Part shown: positions 10,500-21,483 of the stretch, one piece after another
How the letters are laid out: each line of letters opens with the position of its first letter
Numbering within the stretch: the first letter of the stretch is position 1
NCBI GenBank assembly: GCA_965277405.1
Contig: OZ255726.1
Span: forward strand, 1,632,001 to 1,696,000
Direction of reading: 5' to 3'
DNA from: Gammaproteobacteria bacterium
Lineage (GTDB): Bacteria > Pseudomonadota > Gammaproteobacteria > G965277405
Length of the DNA stretch: 64,000 nt
Made by a program: the position numbers and the translations under genes
The notes under the pieces: generated by a model
What the model was told of the DNA's origin: nothing
Databases searched by the model: none
What the model saw: the letters and a program-made list of their open reading frames with translations, nothing else

Positions 10500-12077
10500 A
10501 TGCAAGACTCGACTCTACGGTTTAATAATTTTTTTACCCAAGAACTTCCAGCAGATAATGATCACAGCAATACCATTCGCCAAGTTGCAAACGCCTGCTT
10601 TTCTTGGGTCACCCCAACGCATTGCTCGCAACCAACGCTGCTTGCGCATTCAGCAGAAGTTGCAAAAATGCTGGCAATTCAAGTTGATGGCAGTTGGTTT
10701 TCTGATGTATTCGCTGGCAATAAAACTCTTGCAGGAATGCAGCCGTACGCGATGCGCTACGGCGGTCATCAATTCGGTAACTGGGCAGGGCAACTTGGTG
10801 ATGGTCGTGCAATTAACCTAGGTCAGTTGAATACAGCTGACCAGCAACACTTCACCTTGCAGTTAAAAGGAGCGGGGAAAACCCCATATTCACGCCACGC
10901 TGATGGCAGAGCCGTATTACGCTCCTCATTACGTGAATTCCTCTGCAGTGAAGCAATGCACCACCTTGGGATTCCAACTACCAGAGCACTCTCACTCGTC
11001 CTCAGCGGCGATCAAGTTACCCGAGATATTATGTATAACGGCAATGTCGCAGCCGAACCTGGCGCCATCGTCTGCCGTGTTGCCCCGACGTTTTTACGGT
11101 TTGGTAGTTTTCAACTGCATACCGCCATGGGCGAACAGCTGCTGCTGCAACAACTTGCTGATTTCACCATTGCCCATTACTTCCCAACTGTAGATGCGAC
11201 CTCAGCAGAGAAATACATCCAATGGTTTGAGATAGTTGCCCAGCAAACAGCAAAAACTGTTGCCCATTGGCAGCGCGTTGGTTTTGTCCATGGTGTATTG
11301 AACACCGATAATATGTCGATAACTGGTGAGACAATCGACTACGGTCCATATGGATGGCTAGAGCCATACCAACCGAATTGGACACCAAATACTACAGACC
11401 GTGAATACCAGCGCTATGGATTTGCCAACCAACCGTATATCAGTCATTGGAATTTGGGAATGTTTGCCAACTCGCTGGTGCCGTTGCTGCGTGCAAGCAG
11501 CTCGTTGGTTGAGCAGCTCCAGCAAAAATTAGCAGGCTATCCAGGTGTGTATCAACACCATTGGCAGCACACTGCAGCCAGCAAGCTCGGGCTGGCGCGT
11601 TGGCAGAGTGCGTCTGACGAAAAACTCTACAGCACGCTAGAGCAATTGCTCGAACAATGCCAATTTGATTATGTGTTGTTTTTTCGCCAACTTGGCAATG
11701 CGCTGTCATTGCCAAATGACCAGGCGCTGCAACTCCTTGCGGCAACGAGCTATACAGCGCTGTCAACCGCACAACTCGACGCTTGTCGCGATTGGTTGCG
11801 GCGATACCGTGCGCGTCTTGGTCGCCAAACAGCCCAGCAAATCACCGCGCAAATCACCGTGATGAATACAGTTAACCCAAAATATGTATTGCGCAACTAC
11901 CTGGCGCATCAAGCAATTGAAGCCGCCCACGCTGGCGATTACAGCGTATTGCATACCTTGCAAGCGCTGTTGCGCACCCCATACGATGAACAACCAACCA
12001 TGGAGCGCTTCGCAAAAAAACGCCCTGATTGGGCGGAAAACAAGGTCGGGTGCAGCAAATTATCGTGCAGTTCGTAA
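10500..12077 (+). CDS. selO: Protein adenylyltransferase SelO (YdiU)
   Basis: YGGHQFGNWAGQLGDGRA, QLKGAGKTPYSR, GFVHGVLNTDN, IDYGP, C-terminal LSCSS. Confidence 0.95.
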   Translation: MQDSTLRFNNFFTQELPADNDHSNTIRQVANACFSWVTPTHCSQPTLLAHSAEVAKMLAIQVDGSWFSDVFAGNKTLAGMQPYAMRYGGHQFGNWAGQLGDGRAINLGQLNTADQQHFTLQLKGAGKTPYSRHADGRAVLRSSLREFLCSEAMHHLGIPTTRALSLVLSGDQVTRDIMYNGNVAAEPGAIVCRVAPTFLRFGSFQLHTAMGEQLLLQQLADFTIAHYFPTVDATSAEKYIQWFEIVAQQTAKTVAHWQRVGFVHGVLNTDNMSITGETIDYGPYGWLEPYQPNWTPNTTDREYQRYGFANQPYISHWNLGMFANSLVPLLRASSSLVEQLQQKLAGYPGVYQHHWQHTAASKLGLARWQSASDEKLYSTLEQLLEQCQFDYVLFFRQLGNALSLPNDQALQLLAATSYTALSTAQLDACRDWLRRYRARLGRQTAQQITAQITVMNTVNPKYVLRNYLAHQAIEAAHAGDYSVLHTLQALLRTPYDEQPTMERFAKKRPDWAENKVGCSKLSCSS

Positions 12078-12183
12078 TAGTTTAAAAAAAATCCCCCAAT
12101 ACGCGATTATGGCGTATGATGAAATTATAAAATGTCTGCATCTGAGTTGCTGGCAAAAATCACAAACACATAAGGAGAAACAT

Positions 12184-13218
12184 ATGAAAAAATCCATTCG
12201 CATACTGCGTATAATTGCCTGCTTAGCTATTGGCTTTAGTGCAATTTCAACGGCGTTTGCCGGAGCTACGATTGATGCCATGAAAAAAAGAGGTAGCCTT
12301 AATTGTGGGGTTAACTCTGGATTGGAGGGGTTTTCTGCAATAGATTCTGATGGTCATTTCATCGGTTTTGATACGGACATGTGTCGTGCAGTTGCCGTAT
12401 CGATTCTTGGTGCTGGTGAAAAAGTTAATTTTATACCATTGACTGCGCAACAGCGTTTTACCGCGTTACAGTCTGGTGAGGTTGATATGGTTTCGCGTAA
12501 TACGACATGGACATTATCACGTGATGCGTCGCTCGGTGGCATGTTTGCTGCTGTCACGTATTACGATGGGCAGGGGTACATGGTTCCTAAAAAATTGGGT
12601 GTTACCAGTGCTACCCAACTAAAAGGTGCGACGGTATGTGTTGAAGCCGGGACAACCACTGAAAAAAACTCAACTGACTATTCGTACGCACATGGATTAA
12701 AATTAAAATCAGTTGTCTTTAATACTCTAGAAGCTGCTAGAGCGGCATATTTTTCTGGTCGTTGCTCTGTGTATACAACGGATGCATCAGGGCTTGCTTC
12801 AACCCGCAACGCAGAAGCCAAAAACCCAGCTGATCATATTATTCTTCCAGAGATGATTTCTAAAGAACCTCTAGGTCTAATGGTGCGGCGCGGTGATGAT
12901 GAGTTTTTTACAATTGCCAAATGGGTAGTGTTTGGACTAGTTAATGCTGAAGAATACGGCATCACTCAGGCGAATGTATTAGACAAACAAAAAAATGAGA
13001 AAGACCCTACTGTTATGCGCATGCTCGGCTCTTCTGAAGACACTGGTAGACTGCTCGGCCTTGATAAAGATTGGCTCGTTCGTCCCATCCTAGCTGTCGG
13101 CAATTATGGCGAGATTTTCGAACGTAACGTTGGTCCAAACACACCACTTGCACTGCCACGTGGTCTAAATGCTCTTTGGACAGAAGGTGGCTTGATGTAT
13201 GCACCGCCTATTCGATAA
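12184..13218 (+). CDS. aapJ: General L-amino-acid ABC transporter substrate-binding protein (AapJ/BztA type), copy 1
   Basis: AAGGAG RBS, signal peptide, RFTALQSGEVD, RNTTWT, ISKEPLG, GNYGEIFERN, GLMYAPPIR. Confidence 0.92.
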   Translation: MKKSIRILRIIACLAIGFSAISTAFAGATIDAMKKRGSLNCGVNSGLEGFSAIDSDGHFIGFDTDMCRAVAVSILGAGEKVNFIPLTAQQRFTALQSGEVDMVSRNTTWTLSRDASLGGMFAAVTYYDGQGYMVPKKLGVTSATQLKGATVCVEAGTTTEKNSTDYSYAHGLKLKSVVFNTLEAARAAYFSGRCSVYTTDASGLASTRNAEAKNPADHIILPEMISKEPLGLMVRRGDDEFFTIAKWVVFGLVNAEEYGITQANVLDKQKNEKDPTVMRMLGSSEDTGRLLGLDKDWLVRPILAVGNYGEIFERNVGPNTPLALPRGLNALWTEGGLMYAPPIR

Positions 13219-13411
13219 TTTCCCATGCGTACACTTTCTGCAGATTTACATAAACAACGATTAGCAACAACAGCAGTATTGTCAATACTAGTATTGCAGT
13301 TGACATTTGCTAACCAGCGTTGTTGGAAAGTGCTTTATATGTAATTAGCAACCAAGGCTAGTATGACTGCTAGCCTTGTTTGTATTCAACATCGCAACAT
13401 TGGGGGAATAT

Positions 13412-14581
13412 ATGGCTAGCAAGAAACAACCGTTTTCGTTGAATAGCAAAGCTACACGAGCTGTTATATATCAAATTATTGTAGTCGCTATATTGGTCGC
13501 TTTTTTCTGGTATCTTGCAGCGAATACCATGGCAAATTTGGCTCAACGCGGTATACAAAGTGGTTTTGATTTTTTATCTGAGCCGGCAAGCTTTGATATT
13601 GGCGAAACAGTGATACCCTTTAACCCAATAGTGGACTCATACGCTAGAGCCTTTGTAGTTGGATTGCTAAATACCATCCGTGTCGCCATCGTCGGTCTAT
13701 TTACTGCAACGATTATAGGTACACTCCTAGGTATAGGTAGATTTTCAAGCAACGCGCTTATACGTGGTATTTGCTATGGATACGTTGAAACATTTCGCAA
13801 TATTCCAGTGCTGCTGCAACTGTTGCTTTGGTACCTAGTATTTGTTGAAGTTCTCCCGCCACTGTTGGATGCGGTGATTATTTGGGACGTTATTTATCTT
13901 AGCAAAGAGGGTTTCGCATTTCCTAGCCCAATTTGGGAATACGGGCATCTGACGCTGGGTATTGGGCTTATTGCTGGCTGTATAGCCGCATACACCAACA
14001 CGAAAATTAAGTTACGCTCTTTTGAGCAAACAGGGGTATATCGCAATGTGACATTGGCTAACGTGTTATTTATTGTTGGTTTTACCCTGCTTGGCTGGGC
14101 AGTCGGTGGGTTCCCTAACGACTGGTCAGTCCCTGTACATGAAGGCTTTTCGCTGCAAGGCGGGATGACGTTGACCCCTGAATTCATGGCGGTTTATCTG
14201 GGATTGTCATTATATACCGCAGCATTTATTGGTGAAAATGTTCGCAGCGGGATTGCCGCAGTATCTTTTGGGCAATTAGAAGCTGCAAAAAGCCTTGGCT
14301 TGGCTGCGAAGCAATCGATGCGATTTATTATTTTCCCGCAGGCGTTGCGGGTAATTGTTCCTCCTGTAACTAACCAATACCTCAACTTGACTAAAAACTC
14401 GTCGTTAGCTGTTGCGGTTGGCTACCCTGATATTGTTTCAGTTTCAAATACATCACTCAATCAAACTGGTCGTGCCATCGAGTGCATTACGCTTATTATA
14501 ATTGCGTATCTTATCTTATCATTGGCAACATCAGCTCTTATGAATTGGTATAACAAGCGCGTTGCTATCTTGGAGCGCTAA
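13412..14581 (+). CDS. aapQ: Amino-acid ABC transporter permease (AapQ/BztB type)
   Basis: YVETFRNIPVLLQL, TPEF, ENVRSGI, NQYLNLTKNSSLAVAVGYPD. Confidence 0.9.
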   Translation: MASKKQPFSLNSKATRAVIYQIIVVAILVAFFWYLAANTMANLAQRGIQSGFDFLSEPASFDIGETVIPFNPIVDSYARAFVVGLLNTIRVAIVGLFTATIIGTLLGIGRFSSNALIRGICYGYVETFRNIPVLLQLLLWYLVFVEVLPPLLDAVIIWDVIYLSKEGFAFPSPIWEYGHLTLGIGLIAGCIAAYTNTKIKLRSFEQTGVYRNVTLANVLFIVGFTLLGWAVGGFPNDWSVPVHEGFSLQGGMTLTPEFMAVYLGLSLYTAAFIGENVRSGIAAVSFGQLEAAKSLGLAAKQSMRFIIFPQALRVIVPPVTNQYLNLTKNSSLAVAVGYPDIVSVSNTSLNQTGRAIECITLIIIAYLILSLATSALMNWYNKRVAILER

Positions 14582-14582
14582 A

Positions 14583-15683
14583 ATGACAGCATTGTTTCAA
14601 TCTATTCCTCCACGCCCAGCACCGTTTAGAACACAAGGTTTGCGCTTTTGGCTCAAAACAAACCTCTTCAATTCGCCACTCAACATTGCGTTAACTACTG
14701 TAATTCTGCTAATCATTGGCTATAACATCCAACCATTTTTATCTTGGTTTGTCATCAACTCTGTTGTCAGTGTTGATGCTGATGCATGTCAGTTAGCACG
14801 TGGGGCTGGAGCTTGTTGGGGGGGGGTTGTCGAAAAATGGCGTGTCATTATCTTCGGCTTCTATCCACAAGATGAATTATGGCGCCCTGAACTTGCTACA
14901 TTGCTCCTTATAAGTTTACTCGCTGCCAGTTGCGTCAATGTTTTTTGGAATCGCTGGCTGATTGTAGCTTGGATTGTTGTTACAATTTTATTTTTCTGGT
15001 TGATGGGCGGTGGTTTTGGTTTGACTGAAGTCCAAAGCAATAAATGGGGGGGGCTGCCGTTAACAATCATGCTAGCTACGTACAGCATCTCGCTTTCATT
15101 CCCGCTTGGTGTCATCCTAGCGCTTGGCAGAATGTCAAATCTGCCTACAATCAAATCGATATGTGTGGTGTTTATCGAATTGATTCGTGGTATTCCTTTG
15201 ATTTCTGTGTTGTTTATGGCAAGTTTTTTATTCCCATTATTCATGCCAATAGGTACATCACCAGATGTGTTAATACGCGTACTCGTGGGTCTAACTCTAT
15301 TTTCAGCAGCGTATCTTGCCGAGGTTGTCCGCGGTGGATTGCAGGCAATTCCTAAGGGTCAAGTCGAAGCATCTGGGTCACTCGGGTTGAGCTACTGGCA
15401 AATGCAAAGGAAGATAATTTTACCCCAAGCGCTGACGATGGTGATCCCAGGCATCATAAATAGTTTTATCAGCATGTTTAAAGACACTTCTTTGGTTACC
15501 ATTGTCTCGCTATATGAACTCCTCGGCGCAACGCGACTTGCGTTTTATTCAGATGCTAACTGGCGCCCATTCATATTTGAAGGGTTCATGTTCATCGCCC
15601 TGTTATATTTTATTTTTTGCTTTTCTATGTCCCGCTACAGTTTGTACATAGAAAAATTATTATACCGCAGTAAAAAGCGTTGA
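14583..15683 (+). CDS. aapM: Amino-acid ABC transporter permease (AapM/BztC type)
   Basis: WGGLPLT, IELIRGIPLI, AYLAEVVRGGLQAIPKGQ, FKDTSLV. Confidence 0.9.
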   Translation: MTALFQSIPPRPAPFRTQGLRFWLKTNLFNSPLNIALTTVILLIIGYNIQPFLSWFVINSVVSVDADACQLARGAGACWGGVVEKWRVIIFGFYPQDELWRPELATLLLISLLAASCVNVFWNRWLIVAWIVVTILFFWLMGGGFGLTEVQSNKWGGLPLTIMLATYSISLSFPLGVILALGRMSNLPTIKSICVVFIELIRGIPLISVLFMASFLFPLFMPIGTSPDVLIRVLVGLTLFSAAYLAEVVRGGLQAIPKGQVEASGSLGLSYWQMQRKIILPQALTMVIPGIINSFISMFKDTSLVTIVSLYELLGATRLAFYSDANWRPFIFEGFMFIALLYFIFCFSMSRYSLYIEKLLYRSKKR

Positions 15684-15695
15684 CCAGGACTACCA

Positions 15696-16439
15696 ATGAC
15701 AGATAATATTATTACTTTTGCAAATGTGAATAAATGGTACAGTAACGACTTTCATGTGCTGCGTGATATTAGTTTAGAAGTCAACGTTGGTGAGCGCATT
15801 GTTATTTGTGGACCTTCAGGGTCGGGGAAGTCAACGTTGGTGCGGTGCATCAACCGTCTTGAAGAATACCAAGAAGGCAAAATAACTGTCGACGGTATTG
15901 AAGTAACCGACAACGTAAAATCGATTGAGAAAATCCACAAACTCGTCAACATGGTCTTTCAGGAATTCAATTTATTCCCGCATCTGACCGTGCTAGAAAA
16001 TTTAACCCTAGCACCAATGTGGGTGTTAAAAATGCCACGCAAACAAGCAGACGAACGCGCCATGGAACAATTACAACGGGTGCAGATTGAAGAACAAGCT
16101 TATAAATATCCGCTGCAACTTTCTGGCGGGCAGCAGCAACGCGTTGCGATCGCCCGTGCGCTGTGTCTATCCCCAAAAATCATGCTGTTTGACGAGCCGA
16201 CATCTGCGCTTGACCCAGAGATGATTAAAGAAGTCCTCGATGTGATGGTTGGGCTTGCAGAGCAAGGAATGACGATGATCGTTGTCACTCATGAAATGGG
16301 CTTTGCCCAAGCTGTCGCTGACTATGTTATTTTCATGGATGAAGGTCAAATTGTTGAACGTGCGCGCCCAAACGATTTTTTTAACAATCCGCAAAACGAA
16401 CGCTCCAAAGACTTTCTTTCAAAAATTATCGGTAACTAA
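15696..16439 (+). CDS. aapP: Amino-acid ABC transporter ATP-binding protein (AapP/BztD type)
   Basis: [29 protein letters not shown]. Confidence 0.92.
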   Translation: MTDNIITFANVNKWYSNDFHVLRDISLEVNVGERIVICGPSGSGKSTLVRCINRLEEYQEGKITVDGIEVTDNVKSIEKIHKLVNMVFQEFNLFPHLTVLENLTLAPMWVLKMPRKQADERAMEQLQRVQIEEQAYKYPLQLSGGQQQRVAIARALCLSPKIMLFDEPTSALDPEMIKEVLDVMVGLAEQGMTMIVVTHEMGFAQAVADYVIFMDEGQIVERARPNDFFNNPQNERSKDFLSKIIGN

Positions 16440-16507
16440 CTTTTTATGCATCTACAACAAAACATGATTGACTATAAAGTTACCCCACCAGCACTGGCAC
16501 AAATCGC

Positions 16508-16786
16508 ATGCATTTTATCATTATTGGACTATCAATCATCGTCCTCCTTGTTTTGGCGGTTGCTGCGTCGATTTATGCTCGTCAACGTCGCAATTATTGG
16601 CGAGTAGCTGCAACACTGATTATTCTTGGAGTTGCCGCGTTTATTGGCAGTAGTTTTACCACAAGCGAAATATTACCAAACGGCATCCTCTACGCAGCGT
16701 ATTTCTTGTTAACCCCGATCGGCTACCTCAGCGTGCTACTCGGAACCATCTGCGCAATAACCCTATATGTTATTCGTAATAAGTAA
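16508..16786 (+). CDS. Small hypothetical membrane protein (3 predicted TM helices)
   Basis: Clean 92-aa ORF with three hydrophobic segments and a basic RQRR stretch after the first. Confidence 0.55.
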   Translation: MHFIIIGLSIIVLLVLAVAASIYARQRRNYWRVAATLIILGVAAFIGSSFTTSEILPNGILYAAYFLLTPIGYLSVLLGTICAITLYVIRNK

Positions 16787-16991
16787 TAGCTATATAGCAT
16801 ACGGAAACATCTTACTGCTATTTAATGTCGCCGCATTGTTGCTAAAGTAGCTACCCATTTGCTCTTATCTCTTGGCAAAACTTTACAAAATAACACCACC
16901 ACCCCCGCATAATTTATTGAAATTAGTGAAGTCGCCAAATTAACGTCATCGATACGCCATGTTTTGTCGCAACTTAAGACCTGGTTGATGA

Positions 16992-17123
16992 TCATTGGGA
17001 CGCGAGATGTTCAAATAAGCGGGCAACTGCTTCGGCTCCTGGATCGATGTGTCCTGCTAGTTGCGCTGCGCTGATGTATGCCGCGCGACCAGCGTTGGCT
17101 TTGACCAAGGTCGCGGTGTATTG
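16992..17123 (-). pseudogene. C-terminal fragment of a DAK2/DhaL-domain dihydroxyacetone kinase
   Basis: Manual translation QYTATLVKANAGRAAYISAAQLAGHIDPGAEAVARLFEHLASQ*, with the GRA-x-Y and DPGA motifs. Confidence 0.75.
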
Positions 17124-17126
17124 CCA

Positions 17127-17293
17127 AATTGCAGCAGCCCACGCAGGCGATTATAGCGTATTGCACACATTACAAGCGGTGTTGCGAACTCTCCCGTACG
17201 CTGAACAGCCAAACAAGGAATACCTCGCCCAAACACGCCAAAATTGCGCAAAAAACAAGCTCTGGCGCAGCTAATTATCGTGAAGTTCGTAAT
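17127..17293 (+). pseudogene. Degenerate duplicate of the selO 3' end
   Basis: IAAAHAGDYSVLHTLQAVLRT matches selO IEAAHAGDYSVLHTLQALLRT (11915-12077); contains indels. Confidence 0.85.
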
Positions 17294-17401
17294 TATTCCT
17301 AAACAAAATACTGTAATTGGCAAAATGTACGCTAAAATAGCAATTTAAAAAATATCTGCAATCGGTGCAGGTAAAAATCACTAAACTAAAAGGAGATATT
17401 C

Positions 17402-18439
17402 ATGAAAAAATTATTTTTCATTATAATCAGTACGCTTACGATCTTGGCTACTGGCTTAGGTATGGTTTCATCGGCGTTTGCTGGAGCCACGATCGATGCC
17501 ATGAAAAAAAGAGGTAGCCTTAATTGTGGGGTTAACGCTGGGTTGGTTGGGTTTTCAGCGGTAGATTCTGATGGTCGATTCTCTGGTCTTGATGCAGACG
17601 TGTGTAAGGCTATTGCCGCATCGATTCTAGGTTCTGGTGAAAAAGTTAATTTTGTACCATTGACTGCGCAACAGCGTTTTACCGCGTTACAGTCAGGCGA
17701 GATTGATATCATTTCACGCAATACAACATGGACATTGTCACGCGATGCTTCGCTCGGTGGCATGTTTACTGGTATCACGTATTACGATGGGCAAGGCTTC
17801 ATGATTCCTAAAAAATTGGGTATTAGCAGCGCTATCAAGCTAAAAGGTGCGACGGTATGTGTTGAAGCTGGGACAACCACTGAAAAAAACTTAACTGATT
17901 ATTCGTACGCAAAAGGGTTAAAATTAAGACCAGTTGTCTTCGATTCTCAAGCCGCGGCTAGAGCGGCATATTTTTCTGGTCGTTGCGTTGCGTATACAAC
18001 GGATGCATCAGGGCTTGCGTCAACCCGCAACGCTGAAGCCAAAAATCCAGATGACCATATAATTCTTCCAGAGATGATTTCTAAAGAACCGTTAGGTCCG
18101 ATGGTGATGCGCGGTGATGATGAGTTTTTTACAATTGCCAAATGGGTAGTGTTTGGACTAATTAATGCTGAAGAATACGGTATCACTCAGGCGAATGTAT
18201 TGGACAAACAAAAAAATGATAAAAACCCTACTATTATGCGCATGCTCGGCTCTTCTGAAGACACTGGTAGACTGCTAGGTTTGGATAAAGACTGGCTCGT
18301 GCGTGCCATCCAAGCCGTCGGAAATTATGGCGAGATTTTCGAACGCAACGTTGGTCCAAACACACCACTTGCACTGCCACGTGGTCTAAATTCTCTCTGG
18401 ACAGCAGGCGGGTTGATGTATGCACCGCCTATTCGATAA
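17402..18439 (+). CDS. aapJ: General L-amino-acid ABC substrate-binding protein, copy 2
   Basis: Close paralogue of 12184..13218, long identical DNA stretches, AAGGAG RBS. Confidence 0.92.
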   Translation: MKKLFFIIISTLTILATGLGMVSSAFAGATIDAMKKRGSLNCGVNAGLVGFSAVDSDGRFSGLDADVCKAIAASILGSGEKVNFVPLTAQQRFTALQSGEIDIISRNTTWTLSRDASLGGMFTGITYYDGQGFMIPKKLGISSAIKLKGATVCVEAGTTTEKNLTDYSYAKGLKLRPVVFDSQAAARAAYFSGRCVAYTTDASGLASTRNAEAKNPDDHIILPEMISKEPLGPMVMRGDDEFFTIAKWVVFGLINAEEYGITQANVLDKQKNDKNPTIMRMLGSSEDTGRLLGLDKDWLVRAIQAVGNYGEIFERNVGPNTPLALPRGLNSLWTAGGLMYAPPIR

Positions 18440-18533
18440 TTGCCCAAGCGCGCACTTCTGCGGATTTTCATACACAACGATTAGCAACAACAGCAGTATT
18501 GTCAATACTAGTATTGCAGTTGACATTTTCTAA

Positions 18534-18830
18534 GGAAGTTCTGATGAAGTCGCTGATGGAGCGAGTTTGCCTGCAATTGCAGATGATTGCAAGGCGCATA
18601 CCGCAGGCGCATGTCGTAGCAAATACGCCAAGGGATGCAACACAGCAAACTTAAGCAATTGCCGCAAACCATAATATATTCAACACAACGACGGGTAAAT
18701 ACGCTGCGATCGGTCGTTGCAGTACTTGATAATACCCACAAGTCACCACCAGTGTTTTCTGTGCATTGCGTATAGTTATCATCAGCGTTTTTGCTCCGTC
18801 TCGCCAGTCATGGACTTAATCAGAACTTCT
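18534..18830 (-). mobile_element. MITE copy 3 (inverted, degenerate)
   Basis: CTAA|GGAAGTTCTGATGAAGTCGC ... GACTTAATCAGAACTTC. Confidence 0.9.
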
Positions 18831-18885
18831 TAAATAGCAGCATTCCATTGAACGTCAAGGAATAAAACTTAGCAATAGCAAATAT

Positions 18886-19470
18886 TTGTATCAGCGGATT
18901 ACGTTGCTACAAAGTGCTCGTCGTCCACGGCAGATGCTATCGCAGTACGCATTAGCGAATGGCACATATGCAACAGCAGAGGTTGCATATGCCGATGATG
19001 TTGCTGCGTCATCGCTGAGCAAAGATGATAAGTTGCTGTTTGGTTATGGCGCTACTGTTGTAACAGATGAACATGGCGTTATTTGTTGATACGCATACCA
19101 GCGCGATGGGAAGTTTGCAGATGGTATAGCAGCTGCCCCTATCAAAGCGGGACAAACGTTTGAGTATGATAAGGGAGCTGCCAGCAAAGCAAGTATTGCT
19201 ACGTGATAAGCAAATTGATGATGGCATTATGCGTAAAAAACCACGCGGTAACGCAATGCCACACTGGCAAAAGGCTGGTAACCTGCTGATATCATCAAAA
19301 CGCTTTGTGGTCGAGAGAACTTTCGCCGCAATGGAAAGGGTGTATGGTCTCCACCGCGCACGATATCTTGGCATAGCCAAACCATGCTGAGGTTGAAGGC
19401 GATGGCGTATGACTTGAAAAGGTTAGCAACTTATTATCAAGAACAGCAGCAGTATTGCTGCCATAAATTT
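18886..19470 (+). pseudogene. Degraded IS5-family (IS1106-like) transposase
   Basis: DGIMRKKPRG ... KRFVVERTFAAMERVYGLHRARYLG, then frameshifted LKAMAYDLKRLA; multiple frameshifts. Confidence 0.8.
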
Positions 19471-19576
19471 AGGAAAATATCCCAAAAAATCCCTGATAAA
19501 TGGGCATATATGCGCTATTTTCGCCACATTCTGTGTTTCTTTCAGTAAAAATCCCCAATTTGCAATTTTCTACTCT

Positions 19577-19770
19577 TCAAAGCAAAAAATGATGGGGTGT
19601 GGCAGTGGTCTTACTTCGTGCCAACGCATCGCGCGGACAGCGCACGGTATAGTCGACATCAGCCGCGTCACACTCTGCAATTTGGACGAGTGTATCACCA
19701 TCAATTGGGCTGATTGCCGCAGCCACTTTTGCTGACTTTTGCTGGATGATATTTTCCGCCAATAACACAT
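19577..19770 (-). pseudogene. N-terminal fragment of an aldehyde dehydrogenase (PuuC-like)
   Basis: ISPIDGDTLVQIAECDAADVDYTVR resembles an ALDH N-terminus; truncated next to the IS remnant. Confidence 0.6.
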
Positions 19771-19859
19771 ACCTTTGAATTTTAGCTGATGGACATATGG
19801 CTGCTATGAATATTGGTTGGAGGTAATACGCATACGCTTATTATAGGTAGAATGGTAAA

Positions 19860-21422
19860 TCAGTTGCGCAACGTTGTGCGGCTATGGCACTGGCGTGGTT
19901 GCATACTGCTGGCTATTGATATTTGACGAATAGCAATTTTACTATATGGATGCAGTGTTGTGACATCACCTATTTGATATAATGGTCGCTGAACTAGCCG
20001 TTGTGCTGCGCTAAAAAAACTTGGGCAGTCTTCATGCACAGCGTCACAAACGGCAACAATTGCTGTATGAGTAATCTGTGTTGGGCTGACCCAAAGGTTG
20101 CGTTGTGGTTTATTGAGTGAATAGGTAGTTACCATCCCATCATCATATAGCGCAATTGCTGCTGGCAAATCATAATCATTGCCAATATATAGCTCACCAC
20201 TGCTATCAACGCCATGGCACGAACGCAGTTGCTGTATTTGCCGCGCAGTTTGTTGCCAACCCACCCACGCCATCGATTTATCGGCAAAAGGCGAGTCAAA
20301 CAGCGCCCGACCCCAATGGAAGCTGACATGTCCAAAAACAAATACAACCAATACTAATCCGAGCATGCCATTGACCCCATACAGCCACACGCCCCATCTT
20401 GGGATGCGTTGCAGTGCGTCTGCCAGCAATACGTACGAAAAAATAATACCGATTCCTGCCCACTGTACATCCATATGTCCGCCGCGGGAGGTGGTATATA
20501 CGCAGACTGCTAATACTGGCCACAACAAAAATTGCACCAAAATCATCACGCCTTGGCTGCGTTTAAACGTTGCCGCAGCAAAATACAATAATAACGGTAA
20601 CGCAAGCACACCGTATACCAATAAACTGCTGATAAAAATTGCGGGCTTGGTGATATTCCATTCAGCTACAACACTGGCGCTGCGGTCTAATTGATAGCCA
20701 ATATTTAACCAATCATTTTCAATATTCCACAACCAAAACGGTCCCATAACCATCAATACAATCAACGGCAGCGCGTACACCTGCCACCGCAACCACAACC
20801 AGCGGTTCTCTCTTGCAGCAATTAACCAGCAATATATTGCAATACAAACAAACACGACCAAGAGCTTTGCCAGCCCAGATAATCCCAGCAACACAGCTAC
20901 TACCAATAGCCAATGGGCATTGTTACTACGGTAAAAAAGCATCAATGCCAGCAGCGCTGCTGCGGTAAAAAAATACATTGGCACATTGATTGTCATTAAC
21001 AACCCTAATGCAAAAAAGTAGGGTGAAGACAATACGAGGGCAAGATAGCCGAATGCCACTTTGGCTGAATCAAACCCCAACAACACAGAGGTAAAGAACA
21101 TATATACTGCAGCAGACCATAGTACCAGCGCTGCCAATTTTACTGCTACAAAACCACTCAGCCCTGGAATTGCATCAAACCCTGCAATCAACCATGCCAC
21201 CATCGGTGGATGCTCTAAATACCCTCCTTGCAGCTGCAGCGACCATATCCAGTGATCAGCCATATCTGGATGCGCATCAATCGTCATGCTATACAAACCG
21301 AGCACAACAGTATATATGGCAATAATCCATGCTCCAAGCACAAGCGGGTGTTGCTGGCGAATCCAACCGTTCATATTACTATATTGAGTAGATGCTGCGG
21401 TTTCTAAAATATATTTGCACAA
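19860..21422 (-). CDS. ArnT/PMT (GT83/GT39-like) membrane glycosyltransferase
   Basis: PDMADHWIWS, GGYLEHPPMVAWLIA, LGLSGLAK, PFWLWNIENDW; multi-pass membrane protein. Start may be 21377. Confidence 0.85.
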   Translation of the reverse strand: MCKYILETAASTQYSNMNGWIRQQHPLVLGAWIIAIYTVVLGLYSMTIDAHPDMADHWIWSLQLQGGYLEHPPMVAWLIAGFDAIPGLSGFVAVKLAALVLWSAAVYMFFTSVLLGFDSAKVAFGYLALVLSSPYFFALGLLMTINVPMYFFTAAALLALMLFYRSNNAHWLLVVAVLLGLSGLAKLLVVFVCIAIYCWLIAARENRWLWLRWQVYALPLIVLMVMGPFWLWNIENDWLNIGYQLDRSASVVAEWNITKPAIFISSLLVYGVLALPLLLYFAAATFKRSQGVMILVQFLLWPVLAVCVYTTSRGGHMDVQWAGIGIIFSYVLLADALQRIPRWGVWLYGVNGMLGLVLVVFVFGHVSFHWGRALFDSPFADKSMAWVGWQQTARQIQQLRSCHGVDSSGELYIGNDYDLPAAIALYDDGMVTTYSLNKPQRNLWVSPTQITHTAIVAVCDAVHEDCPSFFSAAQRLVQRPLYQIGDVTTLHPYSKIAIRQISIASSMQPRQCHSRTTLRN

Positions 21423-21483
21423 CGAGCAAATTTGATAGCAAATTTGATAATAGTGATGCTGATGCTAAACCCTTGGTGCATAG

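Noticed and set aside
12063-12077. Selenocysteine in SelO
   Set aside because: Ends CSS-TAA with a TGC codon; no in-frame TGA.
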